Shown: positions 38,549-52,536 of the stretch, one piece after another | How positions within the stretch are numbered: the first letter of the stretch is position 1 | Layout: each line of letters begins with the position of its first letter | DNA from: Eledone cirrhosa | Taxonomy: Eukaryota | Length of the DNA: 64,000 nucleotides | Direction of reading: 5' to 3' | Assembly: GCA_964016885.1 (NCBI GenBank) | Contig: OZ024742.1 | Coordinates: forward strand, 286,130,001 to 286,194,000 | The notes under the pieces: generated by a model | What the model saw: only the letters and a program-made list of their open reading frames with translations | Database searches by the model: none | Told to the model about the DNA's origin: nothing | Made by a program: the position numbers and the translations under genes

Positions 38549-40380
38549 ATGGCGGAAAAGATGGCAGACATGTCTGCCATTAGCTCTGCCACGCCCCCCC
38601 AAGTCTGAAGAACAAAAAATAATTACAACAAAATTAGACAATGAAACAAACAAAGAAAATGAAAAAACAAATGTTAAGGAAAATGAGCAAACAGAAAACA
38701 AACAAACAGAAAATAATACAAATAACAACAGGGCAACTTTCGCCCAGAAAACAAAACAATCCATTACATACACACCAATTGACCTAACTGCCGCCAGAGA
38801 AAAACTGGCCGAAGCAAAGAAACACATTGTTTTGGGGGAGAACGGAATGTTTTCCATTAACTCCCCCCCCCCCCCAGAATTCAAGAAAGCCAGAGCAGAA
38901 AACACAGTTCTCTACAGAACTATACTGAACCAGACAAGAAAGCCAGCACAGCCCAGCCAAATGGAAATAGAGTTAGTCCTAAAAGACTATATGAAGAATA
39001 TTCTCTTCATACGAAAGGACCGACTCTATGGCAGCATTTCGGTCCTAACAAGAGACAAGGAAACGGCGGAGAAGCTTTCCTTAAGCCCACTCTCATCGAC
39101 AACATATAGCTTCTATCCCTCCTACATGGGTAGAAGAACACAGAGAGTAAAAGTAAAAACAATGCTGCCCACAATGGACTTCTGGTGGGCTATTGCTGGC
39201 TTCATTGATATGGGCGAAGACACAATGCTGTCAATGGGGAAGGCAACTGGAGATGCGTTCCTTGGAATGGGCCTCGACATACTAGTCCAAATGAGGCCCG
39301 AAAGAATAGCACAAATCCCGGATCGCATCTGGCTGGATGACCTTACCCCAATAGACATAATTGTAGAGGGGAGAAGACCAGCATGCTATTTATGCATGGA
39401 AAGGGGACACGTTAAGGCTAACTGCCCGAAACGTATCCCCCAAAAAGGACTATTGCCCACACCCACCACAAACAGTACACCAACACCACCCACCTCCAAA
39501 AATACACTAATACCACACACAGCAAACAAAATACAGACACCACCAACCACAAACACAACACAAACATCACCACCACCAAACACAAGCACGACACAAAAAT
39601 CACCACCACCAACCACAACACAAACACCACCATCACCAACCACAAGCACGACACAAACATTACCACCACCACCACAAAACCCATTCCAAACAAATAATAA
39701 AAAAAACAGTAACAAATCTACCCCTCCCGCAAAAAAAAAACAACCACACAACACGTCCCTCCCACCTAGCGCTGAAGAGTTTCCCCCAACTTCTGAAGAA
39801 GAAGGAGGAGAAGCCTTCAGACAAGTTAAAAGAAAAAAAAGAAAACACACACCCAGCACACCACAAATAACCCACACACAAACACCAACTCCAATCAAAA
39901 ACACCCCACCCTCAACAAACAAAAATAAATCTGCGCCTCCCCTCTCCGAAACATTGACAGCATCACAAAAAAAGACGTTGCAATACACATATATAAATAA
40001 AGAAAACAAAAAACTGGTTAAATTAATAAACAATAACCCTATGGTGCAGACCGAAGGGCCAAACTTTATCTCAACAGAGAACTTCACCCATTTAAAAATG
40101 ATAAAGGTCCCTCTGGACCTTTATCGTTCCTTAAAAGAACAATTTAGACGGGACGTGAGCCCCCCCCCCCTGTTTAAAACCGTTGAATCGCGTCCTCTTG
40201 AAAGATTTCCCCATAACCGCCCCTCTCCCTGACACAACTCCAAATACCCCAACCCCACCACACACGTGTACCCCCACACCACCACAAAACATCCCTCCAC
40301 CCAACACACCTGATGCCATGGAAATTACGCAACCCGGAGAGGTAAGTGCTTTTCTTTCTTCACTTTCAACACCAAAATAG
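38549..40380 (+). pseudogene. LINE ORF1 (gag-like, CCHC knuckle, P/T/K-rich C-terminus)
   Basis: CYLCMERGHVKANC; probable start MAEKMADMS at 38549; apparent frameshifts at poly-C runs near 38595 and 40165. Confidence 0.85.
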
Positions 40381-40385
40381 ATCAA

Positions 40386-43300
40386 TTGAGAGTTGGCTGT
40401 TTGAACGCGCGTGGCCTGGGCTCAGCTTGGAAGCAAGCAAAGCTTCTAAGTGACCTCAGGTCACAAAGTATAGATGTGATGGTTGTTTGCGAGAGTCGGA
40501 TCAGCAGCGTGAGACAGCTGGCGCCCGCCTTCGATGACTTTGAGATGCACGCATCTCTCTGTCAACCCGGAGGCGGGGGGGGGGGGGGGTTGCCGCAGTG
40601 CTGGATAAACGTCTGACTCTCGACGTACAGATTGTTCACTCGGGCCCGGGGGGTCGATTACTGGTGTTGGACGTCGCGTTCCCTGCTTTTAGTGGGGGAC
40701 TGGAATGGAATCCTAGATGCGCGTTGGGACTATGCAGGGGCATGTCCCGATAGAGGGGGGTGTAGCAGCCTCAAGGGGTTACTCGATCGATTCGACCTGG
40801 TCGATAGATTTCGACTAGATTGTTCAACTGCGCCAACCTGGACCTGGGCAAACCGCAGTGGACAATCTAGATCGTACCTAGATAGGTTTTTGGTTAGGAG
40901 TAAGGATAGGGACGTATTTAGTTGTCCAGAACTGATCATGGTTGGCTATTCAGATCACAAATTAGTGACCTGCGTGGTCAACCTTGATAGAACGCATAGA
41001 CAGGGTCCCGGTTACTGGAAGATGAACTTGTCCTTACCGACAAAGAAAGATTACAGAAACCGGATTAGTAGCTTAGTTAAGATGCGGTTGACGGGAGCGA
41101 TCGTCAACAGTAGGTGGTGGATATCTCTAAAGAGAGAGATTAGAGTAAGTTCGATAGGTTACAGTAAGGAACTAGCGGCGAATAGAAATAGGAGGGAAAG
41201 GGAGTTAACAGATAAACTAGAAGAGGCGATTAGGAGCGGAGACGTAGCCAGAGTGTTAGCGACGAGAACGGCATTGAGCCAGTTCTTTGACGCGAAGCAC
41301 GAAGGCTGCGTTGTCCGAAGTAAAATACGTGCTTTAGGAAACGAGGGGACCAAAGCTGTTAGCTGGGCCCGCGTGACAGAAGCCAAGAGTGGGATTAAAT
41401 CCACCATTCGGTCTTTGCGAGACCAGGATGGACGGGTGATCCTTGAACCTGAGCGAATGTGCGAGACCTTTCAAAGGCACTTTGCTCGACTGTTCGGAGG
41501 TGGCGGTGGGCCGGACGGGGATGTGAACTTCGGTCCATACCTCGACGGTCTACCGCGTCTTTCGAGCGGCGAAGCGGAATGCTGAGAAAGGCCAATCACA
41601 GCCACTGAAATCGGGGAAGCGCTCAGCCAATGCAGCAGACGCAAATCCCCGGGTCTCGATGGTCTACCATACGAACTTTATTTAGCTATGTCGGTCTTGT
41701 TCTCCGAACTCCTCGAGGCTGTCTATTGCAACTGGCAACAGAACGGGAGAATTCCCTGTTCTGTGACCAAGGGCGTGGTCACGCTAGTGAGGAAGGACGA
41801 GAGCAAGGGGGACGACTTAAGTAACTTTAGGCCCATAACTCTGCTGAATGCAGAGTTACAGATTTTGGCCAAGGTGTTGGCGAAGAGGTTGGCGCTTGTG
41901 GTGGGTGGTTTGGTGGGAGACGCGCAGACATGCGCTATCCCGTCCAGGTCCATTCACGACAACCTCCACCTCATGCGATACATCATAGAGAGGGTTGGCT
42001 ACGAACCCGGCTTTGGTGGGGCCCTGATCAACTTGGATCAATCTAAGGCGTTCGATAGGGTCGACCATGGTTACCTGGATGCGGTGCTAGCGGCGGCGGG
42101 CTTCGGACCCGTTTTCAGGGGCTGGATTTCTGCCATGCACAGTGGCAACATCTACTCTAGGATTAAAGTAAACGGCTATCTCTCGGAGCCGTTTCAAATC
42201 ACCCGATCCATCAGACAGGGGTGCCCCCTCTCCTCCCTTCTGTACGTATTGACTCTCGAGCCACTGCTGCGGAAGTTGGAGTTGCTGCGGGGCATACCCC
42301 TGGAACCGGGATTGCACAAAGCGGTCTCGGCCTATGCCGACGACGTAACAGTAATGGTGGCGGACGCCTCGGAAATCGGGGCGATCGCCACCCTACTGGA
42401 GGAATACGAAAGGCTGACGGGGGCTAAGCTGAACCAGGACAAGTCAGTCGGTTTGCAACTCGGAACGTGGAGGGGCAAACCGATGCCGTTAGACGGTGTC
42501 GTCGGGCGGTGGACGGAGGGCCCGGTGAAGCTGCTCGGGGTCTGGTTCGGACCGGACCTCCAGGTGGAGAAGAATTGGGGCGAGGTGACGAGCAGGGTGT
42601 TTGCGCTGACCCAGAAGTGGGCCAAGTGCAAACTATCACTGAAAGGTCGGGCGGAGGTGACGAACGCTTACATAGCGTCCGTCATCTACTACCGCCTGAC
42701 CGTCGTGCCTTGCCCCAAGGAAAAGCTCACCATCATGGAACGCATGCTCTTCCAGTTCCTCTGGAAGAAGCGGCCTCCCATGGTGAGGAGATCCATCTGC
42801 TGCCAGCACCCTTCGAAAGGAGGGCTGGGTATGCCGTGGCTGTTGATGCGTAGGCACGCATTGAGGCTACGGCATCTACAGGTATTTCTCAACGGTCAGC
42901 CGGTGTGGGCCCCGTTTGTGAGGCGAGCCTTCCCACAGCTCGTCTCGCTCACCGAACTGCAATCCTGGGTGAAGCAAAGACCGAGAAAACTGGGCAACTG
43001 GCACACCGAGTGTGCCCAGGCGCTCACGGCTATCTGGCAAGCGGACCCGACTGTCAGTGGAGAATCCACCTCGACATTCTATAGAGGGTTGGTGGCTAGC
43101 AGGGGCGACGACACCCTTGGAGAGTCGCTAGGCATGGAGGAGGACGAACTGGCCAGCCTGTTCGGTAGAACTTTCGGCCCGGGACCCATGGACAACTTCC
43201 AGAGGTCCCTAGCCTGGCAGTGTTACCGGGGGGCTCTGCCCGTTCGAGAAAAGCTCTACAGACACGGGCGCCCGGGCAGGGATCCCGCGAAAAAGATCTG

Positions 43301-43715
43301 TCCCAGATGCGTGCGCGACGAGGAAACCGTTGCGCATGCACTGGTACACTGCCCGGGCGTTGCCGATCTGTGGGGCTACGTCGAACGACTGCTGTCGCGT
43401 GTTGCGCCGATTCGATTAACCGCCGAGTCTGTGGTGAACATCAAGCCGCCTCCTCCCTTCAGAAATGAAGCAGAGGCGGTCTTTCTGTGCGTAATAGCCA
43501 TGATGAAAGAGGTTGTGTGGTGGACGCGCCTGAAAGGTCTGAGGTCGGGTGACTTTCTCTCCGGCCATCACCTGGTTTACTTCTTCCGATACCACTTCGG
43601 AAGAAGAATCAGGATGGAGAGAGAAGTGCTTGGTCCCAGACAGTTTTATGAAAGGTGGGTGAAAGAAGCGAGAATGGCCCGTGTAAATGGGCCTTCTCTC
43701 TACATTGTTCTGTAG
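40386..43715 (+). pseudogene. LINE ORF2: APE endonuclease, reverse transcriptase, C-terminal zinc finger
   Basis: CLNARGL, GDWN, SYLDRF, SDHKLV; YADD; CPRCVRDEETVAHALVHC; deletion in EN near 40676 and TGA at 41583; 675-aa RT part open. Confidence 0.93.
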
Positions 43716-44492
43716 GTGAAGAAGTGAAGAGGAAAGGGGGAGCGCCTCCTCTCTGGGCTTCCCCCGCGAAAAGAGTTGCACACTTTTCGGGGGTATGTGC
43801 AATCCCCAACACGCCCCCTCCCTTTTGAGGACTTTTTATTGTTATATTATTATTGTTATTCCTTTTTTCTTTACTCGATTTATGTAAACTCCCCCACTGT
43901 GTAAATGTCCCCTTCTTTTGTACCCTCGTGGCAAATAAATAGAAATTTATCTATCTATCTATCTATTTATCTATCTGTTACAAAGGAAATATATTGTACA
44001 ATATTAAGGCATAGTTCTGAAAGGGTCACGAAGACAAACATTTATATTTATATTTATTTATGCAAAAAAAATCTTGCTAAAATATAAAATATTCATGAAA
44101 TATGTTAAACAATAGGCATTATGGGTTCTACAACACGATATTATCTAAAACTGACGAATAATTCCGTTAAAAAAATAAATAAATAAACTGTTATTGATTT
44201 ACCCAAATATGGTGCGTTAAGGTAGGTGGGAAATGGTGGCTGTAGTATTTATTGATAGTTTATGTGGTGAAATTCTACATCTTATATATTTATTGTTGCT
44301 ACTTATGAAGTTTTGCCAAAAGGCGATTTTTGGTGGTGGTGGTGGTGGTGGTGATGGTGGTGGTGGTGTTGTGGTGGGGTGGGGATTCTGATAAATATAG
44401 TCTTATTGTAATCTTAACCCTAATTTCCTGAAGAGCAATTTTAAAGAGAAACACTAAATACTGAGGGCCTGACACGTTTGTATGTATGTATG

Positions 44493-44595
<103 letters not shown>

Positions 44596-44791
44596 ATGTA
44601 TGTATGGTTTCATATATGTATATATGTATACATATATATATGGATTTATATATATATGTATATGGTAGATATGTATATGTGTGCGTGTGTATGTATACAT
44701 ACAGTATATATATGAATATATGTATGTATATATACATACATGCACACACACGCACGCATACGCACACACACACACACATATATATATATAA

Positions 44792-44962
44792 TCAGGCTGA
44801 ATAGTGATTCTTGTTATTCTGGAGTTTCGCTGGAGTTTCGACCGTTCTTGTCTGGTGACCCTGTGATAAACAGGCGAAACTATTGAGCCTTAATAGAATG
44901 AATATTAACATTCTACACTCTACTTCGGTATTGAGTACCCTTTTCTCTCAGCCGTAAACCAC
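44792..44962 (+). mobile_element. Rearranged family I HHR terminus with short inverted piece
   Basis: CTTGT CTGGTGA C CCTG tgataaa CAGG C GAAAC preceded by the reverse complement of its own downstream sequence. Confidence 0.6.
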
Positions 44963-46284
44963 ATACGGATATATATCTGTCTGTCTGTCTCTCTGTACGT
45001 ATGTATGTATGTATTTATGTATGTATATATATATATGTGTCTGTGTATGTATGTATATATGTATGTATGTTTTTGTGTAAGTGTGTATATATGTATATAT
45101 GTATGTATGTGTGTATGTATGTATGTATGTGTGTGTATGTGTGTGTGTATGTGTGTATCTATGTATATACATGTATGTATGTGTGTATGTATGTATGTGT
45201 GTGTATGTGTGTATTTATGTATTTATGTATGTATGTATCTATGTGTGTATCTATCTATGTATGTAAGTGTGTATTTGTATATGTATGTATCTACGAGAAT
45301 TCTAGGAGAAGGAAAACTCTGATATAACACCTGCAACCCTGATGGTATCCAATGATGTTGACTTGTTCTTCTTTTTGGTAAATATCATCTTGGTTAAGAG
45401 AGTGGGACTGGCTTTGTGCAGTGCCTTTGCTCACTATAAAAGCTTCACGGCACAGGCATTGCTTTATATCTGGAGATCTCTCTGCACTTGTCGTCACATG
45501 GTAACGAAAGGATGTTTATACGTCATTATGTGGACGAGGAGAACAATGACACACACATTATATATCCACACTTGTTAGGTTATGTTTCGTCAATTGGTAA
45601 TGAAATAATATCTATATGTATATATAGCGTGAAACTAAGAAAAAAAAAAAAAAAAGAAGATATATATAATGTACAAAGCCGAATTTTCGGCTTTTGAAGC
45701 GTTGAGAATATAGAAAGCGCTATAAACATAGCTTATAAAATAGGGCGAAGACTCTTAAAAGTCGAACAAAGAATTTCCTATGAGGAATAGAACCCCATAT
45801 CTTCCAGATACCGACAAATTCTTTTTCCGTCACCCTATTTTATAATCTATATTTATAGCATTCCTGCGCTTGAGCACTTTCTATATACTTACATATGTAA
45901 ATGAAAAGATTCAGGAGCCCGACGGCTGAGCTCCGGCCGTTTCGGCAGCTAGATCCGCTAGATAGCTTTTAAATTATTTTTAATCCCTTACACATGCTTC
46001 TAGACAGTTGTATATCAAATTATTCGAATAATGGTAGGTGAAAATTCGTATAATCAAGATCTAGATATACAAAAGTATATATAGGTTTTGTACTTCTCCA
46101 TCTTCGGAAGATTAAAACAAAAAAATATATTAAACTGAAGCAGAACTCAATTCCCATCTTACAGAGGACGGGGGACATCTCAAGTCTACCCTTTAAAAAA
46201 TCTACTATTTCTTCAGACCAATATAATATATAAACACATTGAGCTAATTCAGAAACTACGTGGCAATTATATACTATCATATGT

Positions 46285-46400
46285 AATTGTTTCTACTTTT
46301 GGCACAAGGCCAGCAATTATCCCAGTGCATTACTGGTACTTTATTTTATCGACCCCGTAAGGATGAAAGGCAAAGTTAATCTCGGCGGGATTTGAACTCA
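46285..46400 (-). mobile_element. SINE 3' half
   Basis: Nearly identical to 9545-9660. Confidence 0.85.
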
Positions 46401-46479
46401 TAATACTCTACATGCATTTGAGCTTTGTATTCATAGTTTTACCTTTGCATCTGTGGTTTCAGTAGCTGTGTTGAAAATG

Positions 46480-47445
46480 TTGTTGATGGTGGTGTTGTTG
46501 GTATTTGGTGAAAGTGTCGTTTATTGCTGTTGTATGTTGTGGTGGTGATAATGGTTTTGTTATTGTTGTTGTTGTTGTGTCGTTGGTTGTGTTGTGCTGT
46601 TGTTGTTGGTGTTGAGTGTTGTGTGGTGTTGGTTGCTGTGTTGTTGGTTGTTGTTGATGTTGTTGTTGTGCTGCTGGTTGTTGTTGTAGTGGTAGTTGTT
46701 GATGGTTGTTATGTTGGTGGCTAGGTTGTGTCGATGATTGTTGTTGCTGTTGATGATGTGGTGGTGGTGGTGGTGGTGGTTGATGGTTGTTATGTTGGTT
46801 GTTGTTGTTGTTGTTGTTGTTGTTGTGTGGGAGCGGTGTTGCTGAAGTTTTTTCTGAATGTTTATTTTTTTTTTTTTATTCACAATTGTTCATCTCATTC
46901 ATTCATTCATTCTCATTCCCCGCGTTTTATTTAATATATAGTTTTGTACTTAAAGGAAAGATATAGTATAGGCGTATGTGAGAGAAGGTGAGAATGTTTG
47001 AGTGTGAAAGCGAGGGCGGGAATTTTAGGATTTAAGGTGTGTAAGAAAACTTAATGATGTGAAAGTTTTCTGTAGTACAGTAGCTTATTTTTAGAAAGAG
47101 AAAAAAAAGCTATATCATTCTTTCCCTTCCTAGCTACAAATTTTTTATTTAATCCTTTCATTTACTGTCGCCACCACCACAACGCCTACCAGCACCAACA
47201 CCACCACTACCACCACCACATAATCACCATTACTATCAACACTATCATCAGCACCTCCACCACCATCACCACCACCTCAACCACTATCACCATCATGATC
47301 ACAACCACCACCTTCACCCAGCACCACAACCATCGCCACCACCACTACTACATCACCATCGCCACCACCACCACCACCGCCACTACCACCACCACCACCA
47401 TAACTACAATAGCTACTACCAGTTCAACAACTACACCTACAACTG
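46480..47445. repeat. Opposed low-complexity tracts: (GTT/GGT)-rich 46480-46825 and (CAC)-rich 47170-47445
   Basis: Direct inspection. Confidence 0.85.
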
Positions 47446-47804
47446 TCGACAGCGAGGGAAGGGATAAAGGATGGACAGTCCACCCCTCCACACAGCCAGC
47501 CGTCCTTTTCTCTCTCATATAATGAATGAATCTGGTTGACATTCCATTCAATTGTCAATGGTGTTTTGTATGGAAGAAGAAGAAGAAGAAGAAGAAGAAG
47601 AAGAAGAAGAAGAAGAAGGAGAGCGGGTGAGAAGAGATCAGGTTACATGGGATAGTGCGCTGAACTTTTGGAGTGTTATAGTGAATGTTCAGCTTGACGT
47701 CACTTTTATTGTAAGTAAATACAATATGTGACGAACTATTAACCTCCACTACGTAGATGAATGAAAGTTTCTTGTGCAGAGTAGACATATGATACTCTTC
47801 CTCA

Positions 47805-47866
<62 letters not shown>

Positions 47867-48204
47867 GTACCGGGTTCAATCGGGGGTAACGACAGTATAT
47901 ATTAAATTTAATGTGCTACCAATTTTTGTCCACGTGCCTGAATGAAGGGCCAGTTTAAAAGTGCCTCCTCCATTATACAGTGTTGGTCATGACCTCTGTA
48001 TTTATCATTGCATTCGGTCGTTTTTCTTGAGTCGCACTTTTTAACTGTTGTCTTTTATTCTGGATGATAATGTTTAGCTTTTCGATCCATTGTGATTACC
48101 TCAAACAACTCGAGTAGTACCTGCTATATGGCAGCTACAACTTCGGTTCATACCTAATATCATATATATATATACGTTTATATATATGTTTTTTTTTTTT
48201 TTTC

Positions 48205-48585
48205 AGTGTGGTCTATCCTTGGTGGTAGGGTCCGTACTGTAGATAGAACTCAATGTAATCCGATGGGGTGTAATCCAGTAAAATCCATATAGAAGTTCGG
48301 TATTCCGCTGAGTTAATTCCTTAGATACAGAGTCAGATATTAGGTATTAAATTAACAATGAAAATAAAAACTACAAATTCAAGTAATTTTACCTATTCAT
48401 AAATCTGTTTCTGAAGAAGACGGTCTGATCGAACCTATATATGAATCTGATAGTATACAGTTACATAACTGCTATACATCAGACAATATGTCAATATGAT
48501 CGACCCTCCGAAACGATCGTAAAACTATGATATGAATAGGTAAGTTAACTTGACTTTGTTGTTTTTATTTTCATTGTTAATTTAA
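48205..48585. mobile_element. Older fold-back (family K-like)
   Basis: Diverged arms 48350-48401/48531-48583; GAAACGATCGTA motif and AGAACTCAATGTAATCC tail shared with 49860-50360. Confidence 0.65.
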
Positions 48586-48595
48586 GACATATATG

Positions 48596-48656
<61 letters not shown>

Positions 48657-48662
<6 letters not shown>

Positions 48663-49055
48663 ATACTTTGGGAGGGTCATGTTGCCAATAACAAACACAC
48701 GCACCAGTTGCTTTCACTTCAATTTATTATAATAAATTTAGGAATGGCGTAGAAGATGGCGCAGGACAGAACACAGGAGAGGCACAAAAACAAAGAAAAG
48801 AATCCCCAGTCACTGAAGAGGTCACAGAATGTGTGACGAAAGAACTTTGACAATATATAAACAATCATCTGGTTGTGGAACCAACCAACCAACCGGAAAT
48901 TTATAAATTCCTAAATTTATTATAATAAATTGAAGTGAAAGCAATTGGTGCGTGTGTTTCTTATTGGCAACATGACCCTCCCAAAGTATAACAATATCGG
49001 TTTCAACACACGTTTTCAGATAAAGAATCTTGCTAAACAAATTCAGAAACGAAAT
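48657..49055. mobile_element. Fold-back of pLTR family A with HHR at 48809-48851 (+)
   Basis: Short inverted arm 48657-48744; long arm with HHR and 60-bp tail. Confidence 0.88.
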
Positions 49056-49066
49056 ATATATATATA

Positions 49067-49418
49067 CACAAGCAAATTATAAACGTAAACATGTAAGTAT
49101 GTTTTTGAAACGGTGCGCGAGTTTGAAATTAGAAATTAGAAAATATAAGCTTTCACCGTATTTTAGACTAAAGAAATTTCTAGCCTGATAGTGGGGTTTA
49201 TAACTCTCGGCGGAGAAAATGGAAAAAGATGAGTGTTGCCGTACATGTACGTCAATACTCATCTTTTTCCATTTCTCCGAGGGTTATAAACCCCACTATC
49301 AGGCTAGAAATTTCTTTAGTCTAAAATACGGTGAAAGGTTATAATTTCTAATTTCTAATTTCAAACTCGCGCACCGTTTCAAAAACATACTTACATGTTT
49401 ACGTTTATAATTTGCTTG

Positions 49419-49419
<1 letters not shown>
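49067..49419. mobile_element. Symmetric fold-back of a family T subfamily centred on GTACATGTAC
   Basis: About 175-bp arms homologous to 17516-17660. Confidence 0.88.
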
Positions 49420-49507
<88 letters not shown>

Positions 49508-49556
49508 CGTCTGCGGTGCCGATACTGGGGAGACCACAAATCCGAGTAAATTATAT

Positions 49557-49640
<84 letters not shown>

Positions 49641-49859
49641 GTATGTATGTATATATGTATGTTTGTATGTTCAAGTCGCTGGCTGGAATAAAAAGTCACA
49701 TTCGTTCAGCGCATCGGTAGGGGTTCTCCTACATGGATATAAAGTAGTGGCCGTACTCGAAAACGAGTTGGCAGCCACCATGTTTGTATGTATATACGTA
49801 TAGATGTATATATGTATGCATGTATGTATATATATACATATATATATATATACAGAGAT

Positions 49860-50355
49860 ATCCACGGTAAGTTGTGGGGTGTAGTCTGCATGAAGAACTC
49901 AATGTAATCCCTGTTGAAAATGTTGTAGGTTAAAATAAATCCCGGAAAACAATAAAAGATTAAAAGGAAAACAGAGTCATAATATAAGTTAAAACAATGA
50001 AATAAAAATTCAAGTCATTAGAAATATACTTCACTGCTTTACGATCGTTTCTATGTGATGATAATACATCGTAACCATACTTCGTTATCGATCTATGTAA
50101 GGTTAGTTACAAAATATCAGATAAGGAAAATATTTACTTACATGCATATCACCAGCTGTTGTCAAAAGCATTGCCTTTGACAACAGCTGGTGATATACAT
50201 GTAAGTAAATATTTTCCTTATCTGATATTTTGTAACTAACCTTACATAGATCGATAACGAAGTATGGTTACGATGTATTATCATCACATAGAAACGATCG
50301 TAAAGCAGTGAAGTATATTTCTAATGACTTGAATTTTTATTTCATTGTTCTAACT

Positions 50356-50360
<5 letters not shown>
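49860..50360. mobile_element. Young fold-back (family K), about 185-bp near-perfect arms
   Basis: Arms 49982-50166/50176-50360, short spacer; GAAAC GATC GTA mini stem III; left tail. Confidence 0.88.
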
Positions 50361-50424
<64 letters not shown>

Positions 50425-50428
<4 letters not shown>

Positions 50429-50596
50429 TATTAGAAATGTAAGCTATCGCCGTATTTTGATTAAAGAAATTAAAGAAATTATTTAGCCTGATAGTGGGGT
50501 TAAGAACCCTCGGAGAAATGGAAAAAGATGAGTATTGACGTACGTCAATACATTTCTAATAATTTCAAACCCACTTGCTGTTTCGAAAATATTCTT

Positions 50597-50600
<4 letters not shown>
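50425..50600. mobile_element. Family T fold-back with internal deletion, centred on TATTGACGTACGTCAATA
   Basis: Homology to 49067-49419. Confidence 0.8.
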
Positions 50601-50686
<86 letters not shown>

Positions 50687-51219
50687 GATTTATAGATATA
50701 TTTAAAGTCTAACTTGGCTGCAGTTCAGTCATTAGATATATATAGAAAAAGAGTTCGGTGTACTTTTAGACAAAGATGATTTGAATAACTATAAAAAAAA
50801 AAAATGTTTAAATGTAAAGAGAAATAAGCCATAGGGCCAATACAGTGAGTTTAGATAAATAATTTCGTTAAAGGATGGTGTACAGAATGGTGTCCGCAAT
50901 AAATTCCAAATTTATTGAATTTTCTTTTTGAGTAGGAGACAATAAATTAAATATTTATTAGATATGACATACAGTACATTTTAAGTTAATTATCCAAATT
51001 TAAAGCATCGGCTCCTTTGATATATACTCCTTGGATTTTTAAACTTTTTTGATTATGCAAATAAATTTTTGTCAAAAATTTGAATGATTGGTTTCTATAT
51101 AAGTATGTATGTATCTATAAATGTGTATGATGAATAAAGGATTTTTAAACATCTTCACCGACCTTTACAATTTAACTTATTGTGTGCGTATATATATATA
51201 TGTATATGTATGTATGTAT

Positions 51220-51755
<536 letters not shown>

Positions 51756-52406
51756 TAATATACACTTTACAAATTATTATGATAAATTTTTTTTAAAAAT
51801 TAGTTAACCTATAATTAATATTCTACTACTAATGAACTGCATAATTTTATTTCCCTTTTACAGCTATCTTTTCCTAAAACTTATACCAATAAGTATACAT
51901 ATAAACTATTTTAATTTCAGGTTATGAATCTATATTCCTTGTAATCTATATAAATTTGTTATTTCTCACTCATACATTTATCCGCCCCACCCCCCAATTA
52001 TTTATTTTTTTTCCCTTCGTTTTTAACAACATTCTTCAATTACATCTAACTCTTATTTATCATATCTATATGAATTAATATAAATTTATCAATATAAATA
52101 TACCTATCAATTAAATTAATTTATTTTATTTTTATAGATGTAAATTCCTTGTTTTAAATAAGATTGATATTTTTCACTAACACATTTGTCGTAAAATTTA
52201 TCGTCTTCCCATGCATAGAGTACTCTACATACATACATACATACGTATTGTTGTTGTAATCTACAGAATTGCGGGCTTATGAAATTAACATGTATTTGTC
52301 TGCGTCTTCCACAGACATGTGCACTCGTAACGTTGTGGAGGTACATAACCTACTGAAATTCAAATATTTGACATTTACGTTCTGATTGAACCCACGCTCA
52401 ACACTC

Positions 52407-52536
<130 letters not shown>

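Larger units (their letters stand above)
38346..43976 (+). mobile_element. Tx1/L1-clade LINE copy 2, near full-length
   Basis: 5'UTR, ORF1, ORF2 (APE-RT-zinc finger), AATAAA 43934, (TATC)n tail; starts directly after the tail of copy 1. Confidence 0.95.

Noticed and set aside
39386-40087. 233-aa antisense ORF within LINE ORF1
   Set aside because: By-product of the A/C-rich low-complexity sense strand; a V/G/C/F-rich peptide with no motif.
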